A stretch of 64,000 nt of DNA from an uncultured Curvibacter sp. (GTDB lineage Bacteria; Pseudomonadota; Gammaproteobacteria; Burkholderiales; Burkholderiaceae_C). Below, one piece after another: positions 31,228 through 40,510 of the stretch; the first letter of the stretch is position 1; each line of letters begins with the position of its first letter. The stretch spans positions 2,384 through 66,383 of the forward strand of contig CAILKX010000092.1 of NCBI GenBank assembly GCA_903834975.1, in the 5' to 3' direction. Position numbers and translations under genes: made by a program. The notes beneath the pieces are model-generated. The model made no database searches and had not been told where the DNA came from. It saw nothing but the letters and a program-made list of their open reading frames with translations.

Positions 31228-31884
31228 ATGGACGCCAAAACAGGTTTCTTCTACCTCTTCTCGCTGGTGCTGCTGTTTGCTGCCTTTCGGGTGGTGACCG
31301 CACGCAACCCCGTGCACGCGGTGCTTTATTTGATGCTTGCTTTTTCGCAGGCTTCGGCCGTTTGGTTCTTGCTGAACGCCGAATTCTTGGCCATCACCTT
31401 GGTGCTGGTTTACTTGGGCGCCGTGATGGTGCTGTTCTTGTTCGTGGTGATGATGCTCGACATCGACATTGAAAAAATCCGCCATGGTTTTTGGAAGAAC
31501 TTCCCGCTCGCGGCCCTCATGGGTTGCGTGGTGGCCTTGGAAATGGCGGGTGTTTTGTTGGGCGGTTTCCGCATCTCTGACACCCCGGAACTGCCCGCGG
31601 CCGCCGAAGCGGTTCAAGCCGGTGTGCAGTACTCCAACACCCAGGTTTTGGGTAAATTGCTTTACACCGAGTACCTGTACCCCATTGAAATTGCCGCCGT
31701 CATTTTGCTGGTGGCCATGATTGCCGCCATTGCGCTGACTTTGCGTGGTCGCAAAGACAGCAAGGCCATTTCAGCCAGCGAAGCGGTTCGAGTCCGACCT
31801 GCTGATCGCTTGGTGATGGTGTCGGTCCCCGTGACGCAAAAAGCGGTGGCACCGGTGGTCGCCACCGAGGAGGAAAAAGCATGA
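31228..31884 (+). CDS. nuoJ: NADH-quinone oxidoreductase subunit J
   Basis: [23 protein letters not shown]. Confidence 0.96.
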   Translation: MDAKTGFFYLFSLVLLFAAFRVVTARNPVHAVLYLMLAFSQASAVWFLLNAEFLAITLVLVYLGAVMVLFLFVVMMLDIDIEKIRHGFWKNFPLAALMGCVVALEMAGVLLGGFRISDTPELPAAAEAVQAGVQYSNTQVLGKLLYTEYLYPIEIAAVILLVAMIAAIALTLRGRKDSKAISASEAVRVRPADRLVMVSVPVTQKAVAPVVATEEEKA

Positions 31885-32189
31885 CTTTGACTTTGGGCCA
31901 TTACCTCTCGCTGGGTGCGATTTTGTTCGCGCTGTCAGTCATTGGCATCTTCATGAACCGCAAAAACTTGATCGTCTTGTTGATGGCCATTGAGTTGATG
32001 CTGCTCTCCGTCAACATGAACTTTGTGGCGTTCTCACGCTACTTGGGTGACATGCACGGGCAGGTCTTTGTGTTCTTTATTTTGACGGTGGCAGCCGCTG
32101 AATCGGCCATTGGTTTGGCCATTTTGGTGCTGCTGTTCCGCAACCGCTCGACCATCGAAGTCGATCAACTCCACTCGCTCAAAGGCTAA
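31881..32189 (+). CDS. nuoK: NADH-quinone oxidoreductase subunit K
   Basis: [19 protein letters not shown]. Confidence 0.97.
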   Translation: MTLTLGHYLSLGAILFALSVIGIFMNRKNLIVLLMAIELMLLSVNMNFVAFSRYLGDMHGQVFVFFILTVAAAESAIGLAILVLLFRNRSTIEVDQLHSLKG

Positions 32190-32214
32190 GCCGAGACCAA
32201 CCCGAGATATGACC

Positions 32215-34239
32215 ATGAGCGCAACGCTTTCTGCTCCTTTGTTGCTGGCTGTGCCCCTCGCGCCTTTGGCGGGATCGGCGCTGGCTGGTATTTTTGGTAC
32301 CCGCTTCGGCGGTAACTTGATGGGTCGACTGGCCAGTCAAACACTGACCATTCTGGGCGTCTTCATTGCCTTTGTGTTGTCGGCCCTCACTTTGAGTGAC
32401 GTCATCGCGGGCGCCACTTTCAACGAAACCCTCTACACTTGGATGAATGTCGGCGGCTTGAAGATGGAAGTCGGCTTCTTGATCGACAGCCTGACCGCCA
32501 TGATGATGGTGGTGGTGACCTTTGTCTCCTTGATGGTCCACATCTACACCATCGGCTACATGCAGGAAGACGAAGGCTACGACCGCTTCTTCTCTTACAT
32601 CTCGTTGTTCACCTTCGCCATGCTGATGCTGGTCATGAGCAACAACCTGCTGCAACTGTTCTTCGGCTGGGAAGGCGTGGGCCTGGTTTCTTACTTGTTG
32701 ATTGGTTTCTACTTCAACCGGCCCACAGCGGTGTTTGCCAACATGAAGGCCTTCTTGGTGAACCGCGTGGGCGACTTTGGCTTCATCTTGGGCATTGGCC
32801 TCATTGCCGCTTACACCGGCTCCTTGAACTACACCGAAATTTTTGCCAAAGCCCCCGAGTTGGCGAATTTGTTGTTGCCTGGCACTTCTTGGTTGCTGGT
32901 CACGGTCATCGCGATTTGCTTGTTTGTCGGTGCCATGGGCAAGAGCGCGCAATTCCCGTTGCACGTTTGGTTGCCTGATTCGATGGAAGGCCCGACGCCC
33001 ATCTCCGCTTTAATTCACGCGGCGACGATGGTGACAGCCGGTATCTTCATGGTCAGCCGCATGTCGCCGATTTTCGAAATGAGCGACACCGCCTTGAATT
33101 TGGTCATGACGCTGGGCGCCATCACCGCCTTGTTCATGGGCTTTTTGGGCATCATTCAAAACGACATCAAACGCGTCATTGCTTACTCGACTTTGTCGCA
33201 ATTGGGCTACATGACCGTGGCTTTGGGCGCATCGGCCTACAGCGTCGGCGTCTTCCACTTGATGACCCACGCCTTCTTCAAAGCCTTGCTGTTCTTGGGC
33301 GCGGGTTCGGTCATCATGGGCATGCACCACAACCAAGACATCCGTTGGATGGGGGGCGTGCGCAAGTACATGCCCATCACTTGGATCACTTTCTTGCTGG
33401 GCAACTTGGCCTTGATCGGCACGCCGTTTTTCTCTGGCTTTTACTCCAAAGACAGCATCATTGAGGCCGTCGCTGAAAGCCATTTGCCCGCGTCGGGTTT
33501 CGCCTACTTTGCGGTCTTGGCGGGTGTGTTCGTGACGGCGTTTTATTCTTTCCGTCTGTACTTCTTGGTCTTCCATGGTCAAGCGCGTTACGACCAAAAC
33601 CCCGAGGCGCACCACGACGACCATGGCCACGACGACCATGCGCACCACGATGATTTCACGCCCCATGAATCACCCTGGGTCGTGACCTTGCCTCTGGTGC
33701 TGCTGGCCATTCCTTCGGTGCTCATTGGTTTTTACACCATCGAACCCATGCTGTTTGGGGGCTTCTTCAAGAACGTGATTTTCGTCAACAACGAAGCCCA
33801 CCCCGTGATGGAAGAGTTGGCGCACGGATTTGAAGGCCCCGTCAACATGGCCTTGCACGCTTTCACCAGCTTGCCTTTTGCTTTGGCCTTGGCCGGTGTG
33901 GCGTTGTCCTATTACATGTACATGGTCAATCCCGCGTTGCCCACGGCCATCAAACGCGTCTTCAACCCGATTTATGTGTTGCTTGAAAACAAGTATTTCT
34001 TGGACTGGTTCAACGAACACATTCTGGCCCGTGGCGCTCGCTTGCTGGGCAAAGAGTTGTGGGTGGTGGGCGATGAAACCATCATCGATGGCTGGATCGT
34101 GAATGGCTCCTGGAAAACGGTGGGCCGCGTCTCTGAGTGGGTGCGCGGTTTGCAATCGGGCTACATCTACAACTATGCGCTGATCATGCTCTTGGGTGTG
34201 TTTGGTTTGATGTCGTATTTTGTTTGGTTCAACAAGTAA
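32215..34239 (+). CDS. nuoL: NADH-quinone oxidoreductase subunit L
   Basis: GWEGVG, AFLVNRVGD, KSAQFPLHVWLPDSMEGPTP, HAFFKALLF. Start 32209 or 32215. Confidence 0.97.
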   Translation: MSATLSAPLLLAVPLAPLAGSALAGIFGTRFGGNLMGRLASQTLTILGVFIAFVLSALTLSDVIAGATFNETLYTWMNVGGLKMEVGFLIDSLTAMMMVVVTFVSLMVHIYTIGYMQEDEGYDRFFSYISLFTFAMLMLVMSNNLLQLFFGWEGVGLVSYLLIGFYFNRPTAVFANMKAFLVNRVGDFGFILGIGLIAAYTGSLNYTEIFAKAPELANLLLPGTSWLLVTVIAICLFVGAMGKSAQFPLHVWLPDSMEGPTPISALIHAATMVTAGIFMVSRMSPIFEMSDTALNLVMTLGAITALFMGFLGIIQNDIKRVIAYSTLSQLGYMTVALGASAYSVGVFHLMTHAFFKALLFLGAGSVIMGMHHNQDIRWMGGVRKYMPITWITFLLGNLALIGTPFFSGFYSKDSIIEAVAESHLPASGFAYFAVLAGVFVTAFYSFRLYFLVFHGQARYDQNPEAHHDDHGHDDHAHHDDFTPHESPWVVTLPLVLLAIPSVLIGFYTIEPMLFGGFFKNVIFVNNEAHPVMEELAHGFEGPVNMALHAFTSLPFALALAGVALSYYMYMVNPALPTAIKRVFNPIYVLLENKYFLDWFNEHILARGARLLGKELWVVGDETIIDGWIVNGSWKTVGRVSEWVRGLQSGYIYNYALIMLLGVFGLMSYFVWFNK

Positions 34240-34251
34240 GGGAAGAACGAA

Positions 34252-35733
34252 ATGGGCTTGTTGAGTCTTGCAATTTGGTTGCCAATCGCATTTGGCGTGG
34301 TCTTGTTGGCGTTCGGGCGCGATGCCCACGCCGATGCCGTTCGAAAGATCGCTTTCGTTGGCGCTTTGGCCAGTTTTCTGGTCACCATTCCGCTCTACAC
34401 CGGGTTTCACCTCGGCACCGCGGACATGCAATTTGTTGAAAACTTCAGCTGGATCGAGCGTTTCAATGTGAACTACCACATTGGCTTGGACGGCCTGTCT
34501 TTCTGGTTCGTGCCTTTGACGGCCTTCATTACCTTGATCGTGGTGATCTCGGCTTGGGAAGTCATCACCGAGCGCGTGAACCAATACATGGGTGCCTTCC
34601 TGATTTTGAGCGGTCTCATGATTGGGGTGTTTGCCGCTTTGGACGGCATGTTGTTTTATGTGTTTTTTGAAGCGACCTTGATCCCGATGTATTTGATCAT
34701 CGGCATTTGGGGCGGTCCGAACCGCATTTACGCCGCCTTCAAGTTCTTCTTGTACACCTTGCTCGGCTCCTTGCTGACCTTGATCGCGCTGATCTATTTG
34801 TACAGCGTGTCCAACGGCAGCTTTGAAATTTTAGAGTGGCACAAACTGCCCTTGAGCATGGGCGAGCAAACCGCTTTGTTCTTTGCCTTCTTGGCGGCTT
34901 TTGCGGTCAAGGTCCCGATGTGGCCGGTGCACACGTGGTTGCCCGACGTGCACGTCCAAGCGCCCACTGGCGGCTCGGCCGTGTTGGCGGCCATCATGCT
35001 GAAACTCGGTGCTTATGGCTTCTTGCGGTTCTCCCTGCCCATCGCACCCGATGCGGCCCACGCCTATGCCAGCTTGATGATTGGCCTGTCACTCGTGGCC
35101 GTGATTTATGTGGGCTTGGTGGCGATGGTTCAAACCGACATGAAGAAGCTGGTGGCTTACTCCTCAGTGGCGCACATGGGTTTTGTGACTTTGGGCTTTT
35201 TCCTCTTCAACGACTTGGGCGTTGAAGGCGGCCTCGTTCAAATGATTGCCCACGGCTTTGTGTCCGGTGCCATGTTCTTGTCCATCGGTGTTTTGTACGA
35301 CCGTGTTCACTCGCGTGACATTGCGGCCTACGGCGGCGTGGTCAACACCATGCCCAAGTTTGCGGCCTTGGCGGTTTTGTTCGCGATGGCCAACTGCGGG
35401 CTGCCCGGAACCGCCGGTTTTGTTGGCGAGTGGATGGTGATTCTGGGCGCGGTTCAGGCCAACTTCTGGTTGGGTTTTGGCGCCGCCACAGCCCTGATTT
35501 TTGGCGCTGCCTACACCTTGTGGATGGTCAAGCGCGTTTACTTTGGCCCCATGACCAATGACCACGTGCGTGAATTGAGTGACATTGGCCTTCGTGAATT
35601 CATGATGCTGGGTTTGCTGGCTGTGGCGGTTTTGGCCATGGGCATTGACCCCAAACCCTTCACCGATGTGATGGATGCCTCGGTCACCGAGTTGCTGAAA
35701 CACGTTGCGGTTTCCAAATTGTCTTTGAATTGA
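34252..35733 (+). CDS. nuoM: NADH-quinone oxidoreductase subunit M
   Basis: FFEATLIP, KVPMWPVHTWLP, KKLVAYSSVAH. Confidence 0.97.
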   Translation: MGLLSLAIWLPIAFGVVLLAFGRDAHADAVRKIAFVGALASFLVTIPLYTGFHLGTADMQFVENFSWIERFNVNYHIGLDGLSFWFVPLTAFITLIVVISAWEVITERVNQYMGAFLILSGLMIGVFAALDGMLFYVFFEATLIPMYLIIGIWGGPNRIYAAFKFFLYTLLGSLLTLIALIYLYSVSNGSFEILEWHKLPLSMGEQTALFFAFLAAFAVKVPMWPVHTWLPDVHVQAPTGGSAVLAAIMLKLGAYGFLRFSLPIAPDAAHAYASLMIGLSLVAVIYVGLVAMVQTDMKKLVAYSSVAHMGFVTLGFFLFNDLGVEGGLVQMIAHGFVSGAMFLSIGVLYDRVHSRDIAAYGGVVNTMPKFAALAVLFAMANCGLPGTAGFVGEWMVILGAVQANFWLGFGAATALIFGAAYTLWMVKRVYFGPMTNDHVRELSDIGLREFMMLGLLAVAVLAMGIDPKPFTDVMDASVTELLKHVAVSKLSLN

Positions 35734-35757
35734 CCCGCCTGACCAGAGAGAAACAAG

Positions 35758-37245
35758 ATGATTGACCAACTCAGCTGGATCGCGATTTATCCGGAAATTT
35801 TGTTGCTGGTGATGGCTTGCGTCATTGCCCTTTGGGACCTGGGAGTGATGTCGCCTCGCCGGGGCCTCACCTTCGCCCTGACCTTGGTGACCTTGGTCGT
35901 GGTAGCCGGCATGGAGATGTTGTACGCCACGGGTGAGCTCTCCATTTACGGCTTCAACGGCCTGGTCGTGAGTGACCCCTTGGGCAACTGGCTCAAGTGC
36001 TTTGCCGCCATCGCCACGGCCGTGACCTTGGTTTATGCCCGACCTTATTCTGCCGACCGCGGCATGCTGCGCGGGGGTGAGTTATTCACCCTCAGCCTGT
36101 TTGCCTTGCTCGGCATGTTTGTGATGATCTCGGGCAACAACTTCTTGATCATTTATTTGGGTCTGGAATTGCTCACCCTTTCGAGCTACGCGTTGGTGGC
36201 CTTGCGCCGTGACAATGGCATCGCCACGGAAGCGGCCATCAAGTACTTTGTGTTGGGCGCGATGGCCAGCGGCTTCTTGCTGTATGGCATGTCGATGCTA
36301 TACGGAGCCACCGGCTCATTGGATCTGGGCAATGTGTTCAAGGCGGTATCAACCGGTCAAGTGAACCACCAAGTCCTGATTTTTGGTTTGGTTTTTGTGG
36401 TCTCCGGTTTGGGCTTCAAGCTCGGCGTCGTGCCTTTCCACTTGTGGGTTCCCGATGTTTACCAAGGCGCCCCTACCTCCGTCACCTTGATGTTGGCGGG
36501 TGCCCCCAAATTCGCTGCCTTTGCGATCGTCATCCGTCTCTTGGTGGAAGGCCTCTTGCCCTTGGCCATCGATTGGCAACAAATGTTGACGGTGTTGTCG
36601 GTGGGCTCCTTGCTCATCGGCAGTTTGGGTGGCGTGATGCAAAAGAACGTCAAGCGCATGCTGGCCTACTCGACCATCTCGCAGATGGGTTTTGTGCTGC
36701 TGGGTTTGATTCCTGGTGTGGTGGAGGGTTCTACTTTGCCCGCGGCCAACGGCTACAGCTCGGCTTTGTTCTACGTCGTGACCTATGTGCTGACGACACT
36801 CGCCACCTTCGGTGTTTTGTTGGTCTTGGCCCGAGACGGCTTTGAGAGTGAAGAAATCTCTGACTTGGCTGGCTTGAACCAACGCAGTCCGCTCTACGCG
36901 GGCATCTTGTCTCTGTGCTTGTTCTCGCTGGCGGGCATCCCTCCCTTGGTGGGCTTCTATGCCAAGCTGTCGGTCTTGCAAGCCCTGATCACCACGGGCG
37001 TGAATGGTTACCTGGCTTTGGCGGTTTACGCCGTGGTCATGTCCCTGATCGGTGCTTTCTATTATTTGCGTGTCGTCAAGGTGATGTACTTTGACGAACC
37101 CATCACCGCCTCCACGGTTTCAGCCCCCAAAGACGTGCGCGTGGTGCTGGGCGTGAATGCCTTGTTGCTTTTGGTGGTTGGCTTGTTCCCAGGCGGTTTG
37201 ATGGCTTTGTGCGCCAAAGCCATCGTGCTGACTTTAGGGGCTTGA
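35758..37245 (+). CDS. nuoN: NADH-quinone oxidoreductase subunit N
   Basis: GLELL, EAAIKY, FKLGVVPFHLWVPD, KRMLAYS. Confidence 0.97.
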   Translation: MIDQLSWIAIYPEILLLVMACVIALWDLGVMSPRRGLTFALTLVTLVVVAGMEMLYATGELSIYGFNGLVVSDPLGNWLKCFAAIATAVTLVYARPYSADRGMLRGGELFTLSLFALLGMFVMISGNNFLIIYLGLELLTLSSYALVALRRDNGIATEAAIKYFVLGAMASGFLLYGMSMLYGATGSLDLGNVFKAVSTGQVNHQVLIFGLVFVVSGLGFKLGVVPFHLWVPDVYQGAPTSVTLMLAGAPKFAAFAIVIRLLVEGLLPLAIDWQQMLTVLSVGSLLIGSLGGVMQKNVKRMLAYSTISQMGFVLLGLIPGVVEGSTLPAANGYSSALFYVVTYVLTTLATFGVLLVLARDGFESEEISDLAGLNQRSPLYAGILSLCLFSLAGIPPLVGFYAKLSVLQALITTGVNGYLALAVYAVVMSLIGAFYYLRVVKVMYFDEPITASTVSAPKDVRVVLGVNALLLLVVGLFPGGLMALCAKAIVLTLGA

Positions 37246-37253
37246 ACGCTTGA

Positions 37254-37940
37254 ATGAAGGTTCTTGACCTGCAATGCCAAGACCAGCACTTGTTTGAAGG
37301 CTGGTTTGGCTCGGAAGACGACTTTCAAAGGCAGCTGGGGCAGGGGCTCATTGAGTGCCCTTTGTGCGGCAGCAAGCAAGTGCACAAAATGCTGTCGGCC
37401 CCGCGCTTGAACCTGCGGGCACAGCACCGTGCAGAACCCCATTCGCCTTCGGAGGGCACGCTGTCGGAATCCGCCAGTTCTTCTGGGGCTTCTGGTGCTT
37501 CTGGTGATAAGGGCGGGTCGCTGAGCCCCCCTTTTTCGCGGCCCCTTGAAAATCCATCAGCGACCCCAGGGCAGAGACTGGATGCGCAGAGAATCGAAAG
37601 CAACACCCCAGGCGATAGGCTGGGTGATCGTCAAAGGGAGGGTCTGGGCGCGGGTCTTAGCGGGGGTCTGAGCGGGGGTTTGAGGGAAGGTGCGCTCACT
37701 TTGCAGGCCCTCAAAGCCATGCAAGACCAATGGCTAAAAGTATCCCGAGAGATCATGGCCAACACCGAAGATGTGGGCGACCACTTTGCCGCCGAGGCGC
37801 GTCGTATTCACGAGGGCCGATCAGCAGAGCGCGGCATCCGGGGCCATGCCAGCCTCGAAGAAGCCGTCGAATTGATAGAAGACGGCATTGGGGTCATGCC
37901 GCTGCTGCTGCCTGAAGCGGTCAAAAAAACCTTGCAATGA
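37254..37940 (+). CDS. DUF1178-family protein with central low-complexity insertion
   Basis: DLQC...HLFEGWF...CPLCGS N-terminus and TEDVGDHFAAEARRIHEG...RGIRG C-terminus; position after nuoN. Confidence 0.85.
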   Translation: MKVLDLQCQDQHLFEGWFGSEDDFQRQLGQGLIECPLCGSKQVHKMLSAPRLNLRAQHRAEPHSPSEGTLSESASSSGASGASGDKGGSLSPPFSRPLENPSATPGQRLDAQRIESNTPGDRLGDRQREGLGAGLSGGLSGGLREGALTLQALKAMQDQWLKVSREIMANTEDVGDHFAAEARRIHEGRSAERGIRGHASLEEAVELIEDGIGVMPLLLPEAVKKTLQ

Positions 37941-37981
37941 ACTGCCCCTTTCCTAGAGGCGAGGGGAATTAGGTCGGTGTT

Positions 37982-39892
37982 TCAAGAATCCAGCAACTGC
38001 ATGCTGGCAAAGTGGGCATAGGTGCCGTTTTGCGCCATCAGCGATTCGTGGGTGCCTTGCTCGACAATGCGGCCTTGCTCCAGCACCACAATCCGGTCCG
38101 ACTTTTGAATGGTCGCCAAACGGTGTGCAATGACCAAGGTGGTTCGGTGGCGCTTTTGGTCGGTCATCGCGGCGTCCAGCGCGGCTTGCACCATGCGTTC
38201 GCTTTCCGCATCGAGGGCGCTGGTGGCTTCATCCAACAACAACAAGCGGGGCTGGCGCAGCAACGCACGGGCAATGGAGATCCGCTGTTTTTGGCCGCCG
38301 CTGATGCGCACGCCGCGCTCGCCCAAAAAAGTGGCGTAGCCTTGGGGCAGGGCACGAATAAAGTCGTCGGCAAAGGCCTCGCGAGCGGCGGCATAAACTT
38401 CTTCGTCTGTGGCGTCGGGTCGGCCGTAGCGGATGTTTTCCAACGCATTCGTCGAGAAAATCACCGCGTCTTGCGGCACCACGGCCATTTGTAGTCGCAG
38501 GGCGTTGAGTTCCCAGTCTTTAATGGGCAGGCCGTCGATCCAGAGGCTGCCGCCGCCCTCCGCAGTCGGGGGCAAGTCGTAAAGGCGCTGCAACACTTGA
38601 AAAACAGTTGATTTGCCCGCGCCACTGCTGCCGACCAAGGCCACTGTTTCGCCGGGGGCAATGTTCAAGGTGAAGTCAACCAGTGCGGGGCTTTGGGGGC
38701 GTGAGGGGTAGTGAAAGTTCACCTGGTCCATTTGAATCGTTACCCCCGGCAAGTTTTCAGGGGGTGAATTTTTTGATTCATGCGCCGCACCTTGCAAAAT
38801 CAAGGCGGGCAGTTTGTCGCCACTTTGAATGCTGGGCGGGGTGTGCAGCAGCTCCATTAAGCGCTCGGTGGCGCCAGCGGCGCGCAACAGGTCACCGTAA
38901 ACCTCACCCAAAACACCGGCCGAGCCCGCCAGGATGATGACGTAGACGACCGTTTGGCCCAATTGCCCGGCGCTCATGTGCCCTTGAATGACCGCTTGGG
39001 TGCCTTCAAACAAACCCCACAGCAAAGCGGCGCTGGTGGCCAAGATGATGAAACCGACCAGAAGGGAGCGGGCGCGGGCGCGTCGCGCGGCTGTTTTGAA
39101 GGCCTCGTTGGTGGCATTTGCAAAACGCGCAGATTCGCGTCCAATGGCGTTGTTGGCTTGTACTGCCGTGACCGCGTTCAGCACTTCAGAAGCCACCGCG
39201 CTGGCGTCGGCCACGCGGTCTTGGCTGGCCCGCGACAGTTTGCGCACGCGGCGACCAAAACTCACCGCCGGCAAGACAATCAGAAAAATGCCCAATGCGA
39301 CTTGCCCCATCACCAAGGGGTTGGTCCAAACCAAAATGCCCAAGGCGCCCAATCCCATCACCGCGTTGCGCAGACCCATGCTCAAAGACGAGCCCACCAC
39401 CGTTTGCACCAAGGTCGTGTCGGCCGTCAAACGAGACAGCACTTCGCCGGTTTGGGTCGACTCAAAAAAGCCGGGGCTTTGCTCAATCACATGGGCATAA
39501 ACGGCGTTGCGAATGTCGGCGGTGATGCGCTCACCCAGCCAAGTGACGGTGTAAAAGCGCGCGGCTGAGAAAAAGGCCAAGGCCACCGCCACGCCAAATA
39601 AAGCCAAAAAGTGTTGCCCCAAGCGCATGGCTTGGTCGCTGCGGTCGGCGGGCACCAAGCCGCCGTCGATCAGGGCGCGCAAGGCGATCGGAAAGACCAA
39701 AGTGGCCCCTGCAGCCAGCACCAAAAAAAGCAACGCCAGGCCGATTTGCACGCGGTAAGGCTTGAGAAATGGGGTTAACCCTGACAAGGAGCGCGGATTG
39801 CCAGGGGCGCGTTGAGCAGCACTTGAAGACGCCGAGGCGGTCACTTGGGGGGGGGTGCTTGCTGTGGTTTCGGTGGTGTTGGGTGAGGCCAT
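37982..39892 (-). CDS. ABC exporter, fused TMD and ATPase (MsbA-like)
   Basis: Six TM segments; GSSGAGKS, ISGGQKQR, LLLDEATSALD. Start ATG 39892. Confidence 0.92.
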   Translation of the reverse strand: MASPNTTETTASTPPQVTASASSSAAQRAPGNPRSLSGLTPFLKPYRVQIGLALLFLVLAAGATLVFPIALRALIDGGLVPADRSDQAMRLGQHFLALFGVAVALAFFSAARFYTVTWLGERITADIRNAVYAHVIEQSPGFFESTQTGEVLSRLTADTTLVQTVVGSSLSMGLRNAVMGLGALGILVWTNPLVMGQVALGIFLIVLPAVSFGRRVRKLSRASQDRVADASAVASEVLNAVTAVQANNAIGRESARFANATNEAFKTAARRARARSLLVGFIILATSAALLWGLFEGTQAVIQGHMSAGQLGQTVVYVIILAGSAGVLGEVYGDLLRAAGATERLMELLHTPPSIQSGDKLPALILQGAAHESKNSPPENLPGVTIQMDQVNFHYPSRPQSPALVDFTLNIAPGETVALVGSSGAGKSTVFQVLQRLYDLPPTAEGGGSLWIDGLPIKDWELNALRLQMAVVPQDAVIFSTNALENIRYGRPDATDEEVYAAAREAFADDFIRALPQGYATFLGERGVRISGGQKQRISIARALLRQPRLLLLDEATSALDAESERMVQAALDAAMTDQKRHRTTLVIAHRLATIQKSDRIVVLEQGRIVEQGTHESLMAQNGTYAHFASMQLLDS

Positions 39893-39953
39893 GGGCAAAC
39901 TGTAACGCAAAGCCCTGACGTGAGTCGTCCACATGATCAGTCCATCATGGATA

Positions 39954-39981
39954 TTGCAATGATTGCATAGGCATCTATAAT
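39954..39981 (+). promoter_or_regulatory. marR promoter with overlapping palindromic operator
   Basis: TTGCAA (39954-39959)-N16-TATAAT (39976-39981); perfect palindrome TGCAAT-G-ATTGCA (39955-39967). Confidence 0.7.
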
Positions 39982-39988
39982 TCTGGAC

Positions 39989-40510
39989 ATGTCGATTGAG
40001 TTTTACAAAGCGCCCGAATATGCCTCGCAGGTCAGCGTGGGCTACCTCATCCGGCGCATCTTCAATTTGATGTCCCATGAGCTCGACCAAGCCATGGAAC
40101 CGCATGGCTTGACGAATGCGCAATGGCTCCCCCTCATGAAGCTGAGTGCCGGCCAGGCCCACACCGCCGCCGAGTTGTCTCGTTGCTGCGAACTCGATGC
40201 CAGCGCCATTACCCGTTTGTTGGACCGCCTTGAGGACAAGGCCTTGTGCCAACGTGTGCGCTCAAGCGAAGACCGGCGCGTGGTGAACTTGGCCCTCACA
40301 CCGGAGGGACACCAAGCCGCTACAGTCATTCCCGAGGTGCTTTGCCAAGTGCAAAACCGACTCTTGAGCGGTTTCAGCGAGGCCGAGTGGGCGCAACTCA
40401 AAAGCCTTTTGCAACGTTTGGTGGACAACGCCCAACGCGAATTCTCCGCGCCCCCCTTGGAGCATGAAAACCACTTAAAAAATTCCAAAGATTCCAAAGT
40501 AAAGAAATGA
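39989..40510 (+). CDS. MarR-family regulator (EmrR-like)
   Basis: LTNAQW, ITRLLDRLEDK, RSSEDRRVV wHTH motifs; heads the efflux operon. Confidence 0.92.
   Translation: MSIEFYKAPEYASQVSVGYLIRRIFNLMSHELDQAMEPHGLTNAQWLPLMKLSAGQAHTAAELSRCCELDASAITRLLDRLEDKALCQRVRSSEDRRVVNLALTPEGHQAATVIPEVLCQVQNRLLSGFSEAEWAQLKSLLQRLVDNAQREFSAPPLEHENHLKNSKDSKVKK

Noticed and set aside
39893-40252. 120-aa N-terminal extension of the ABC exporter in the ORF track
   Set aside because: It overlaps marR antisense and its promoter; a -10 box supports the start at 39892.
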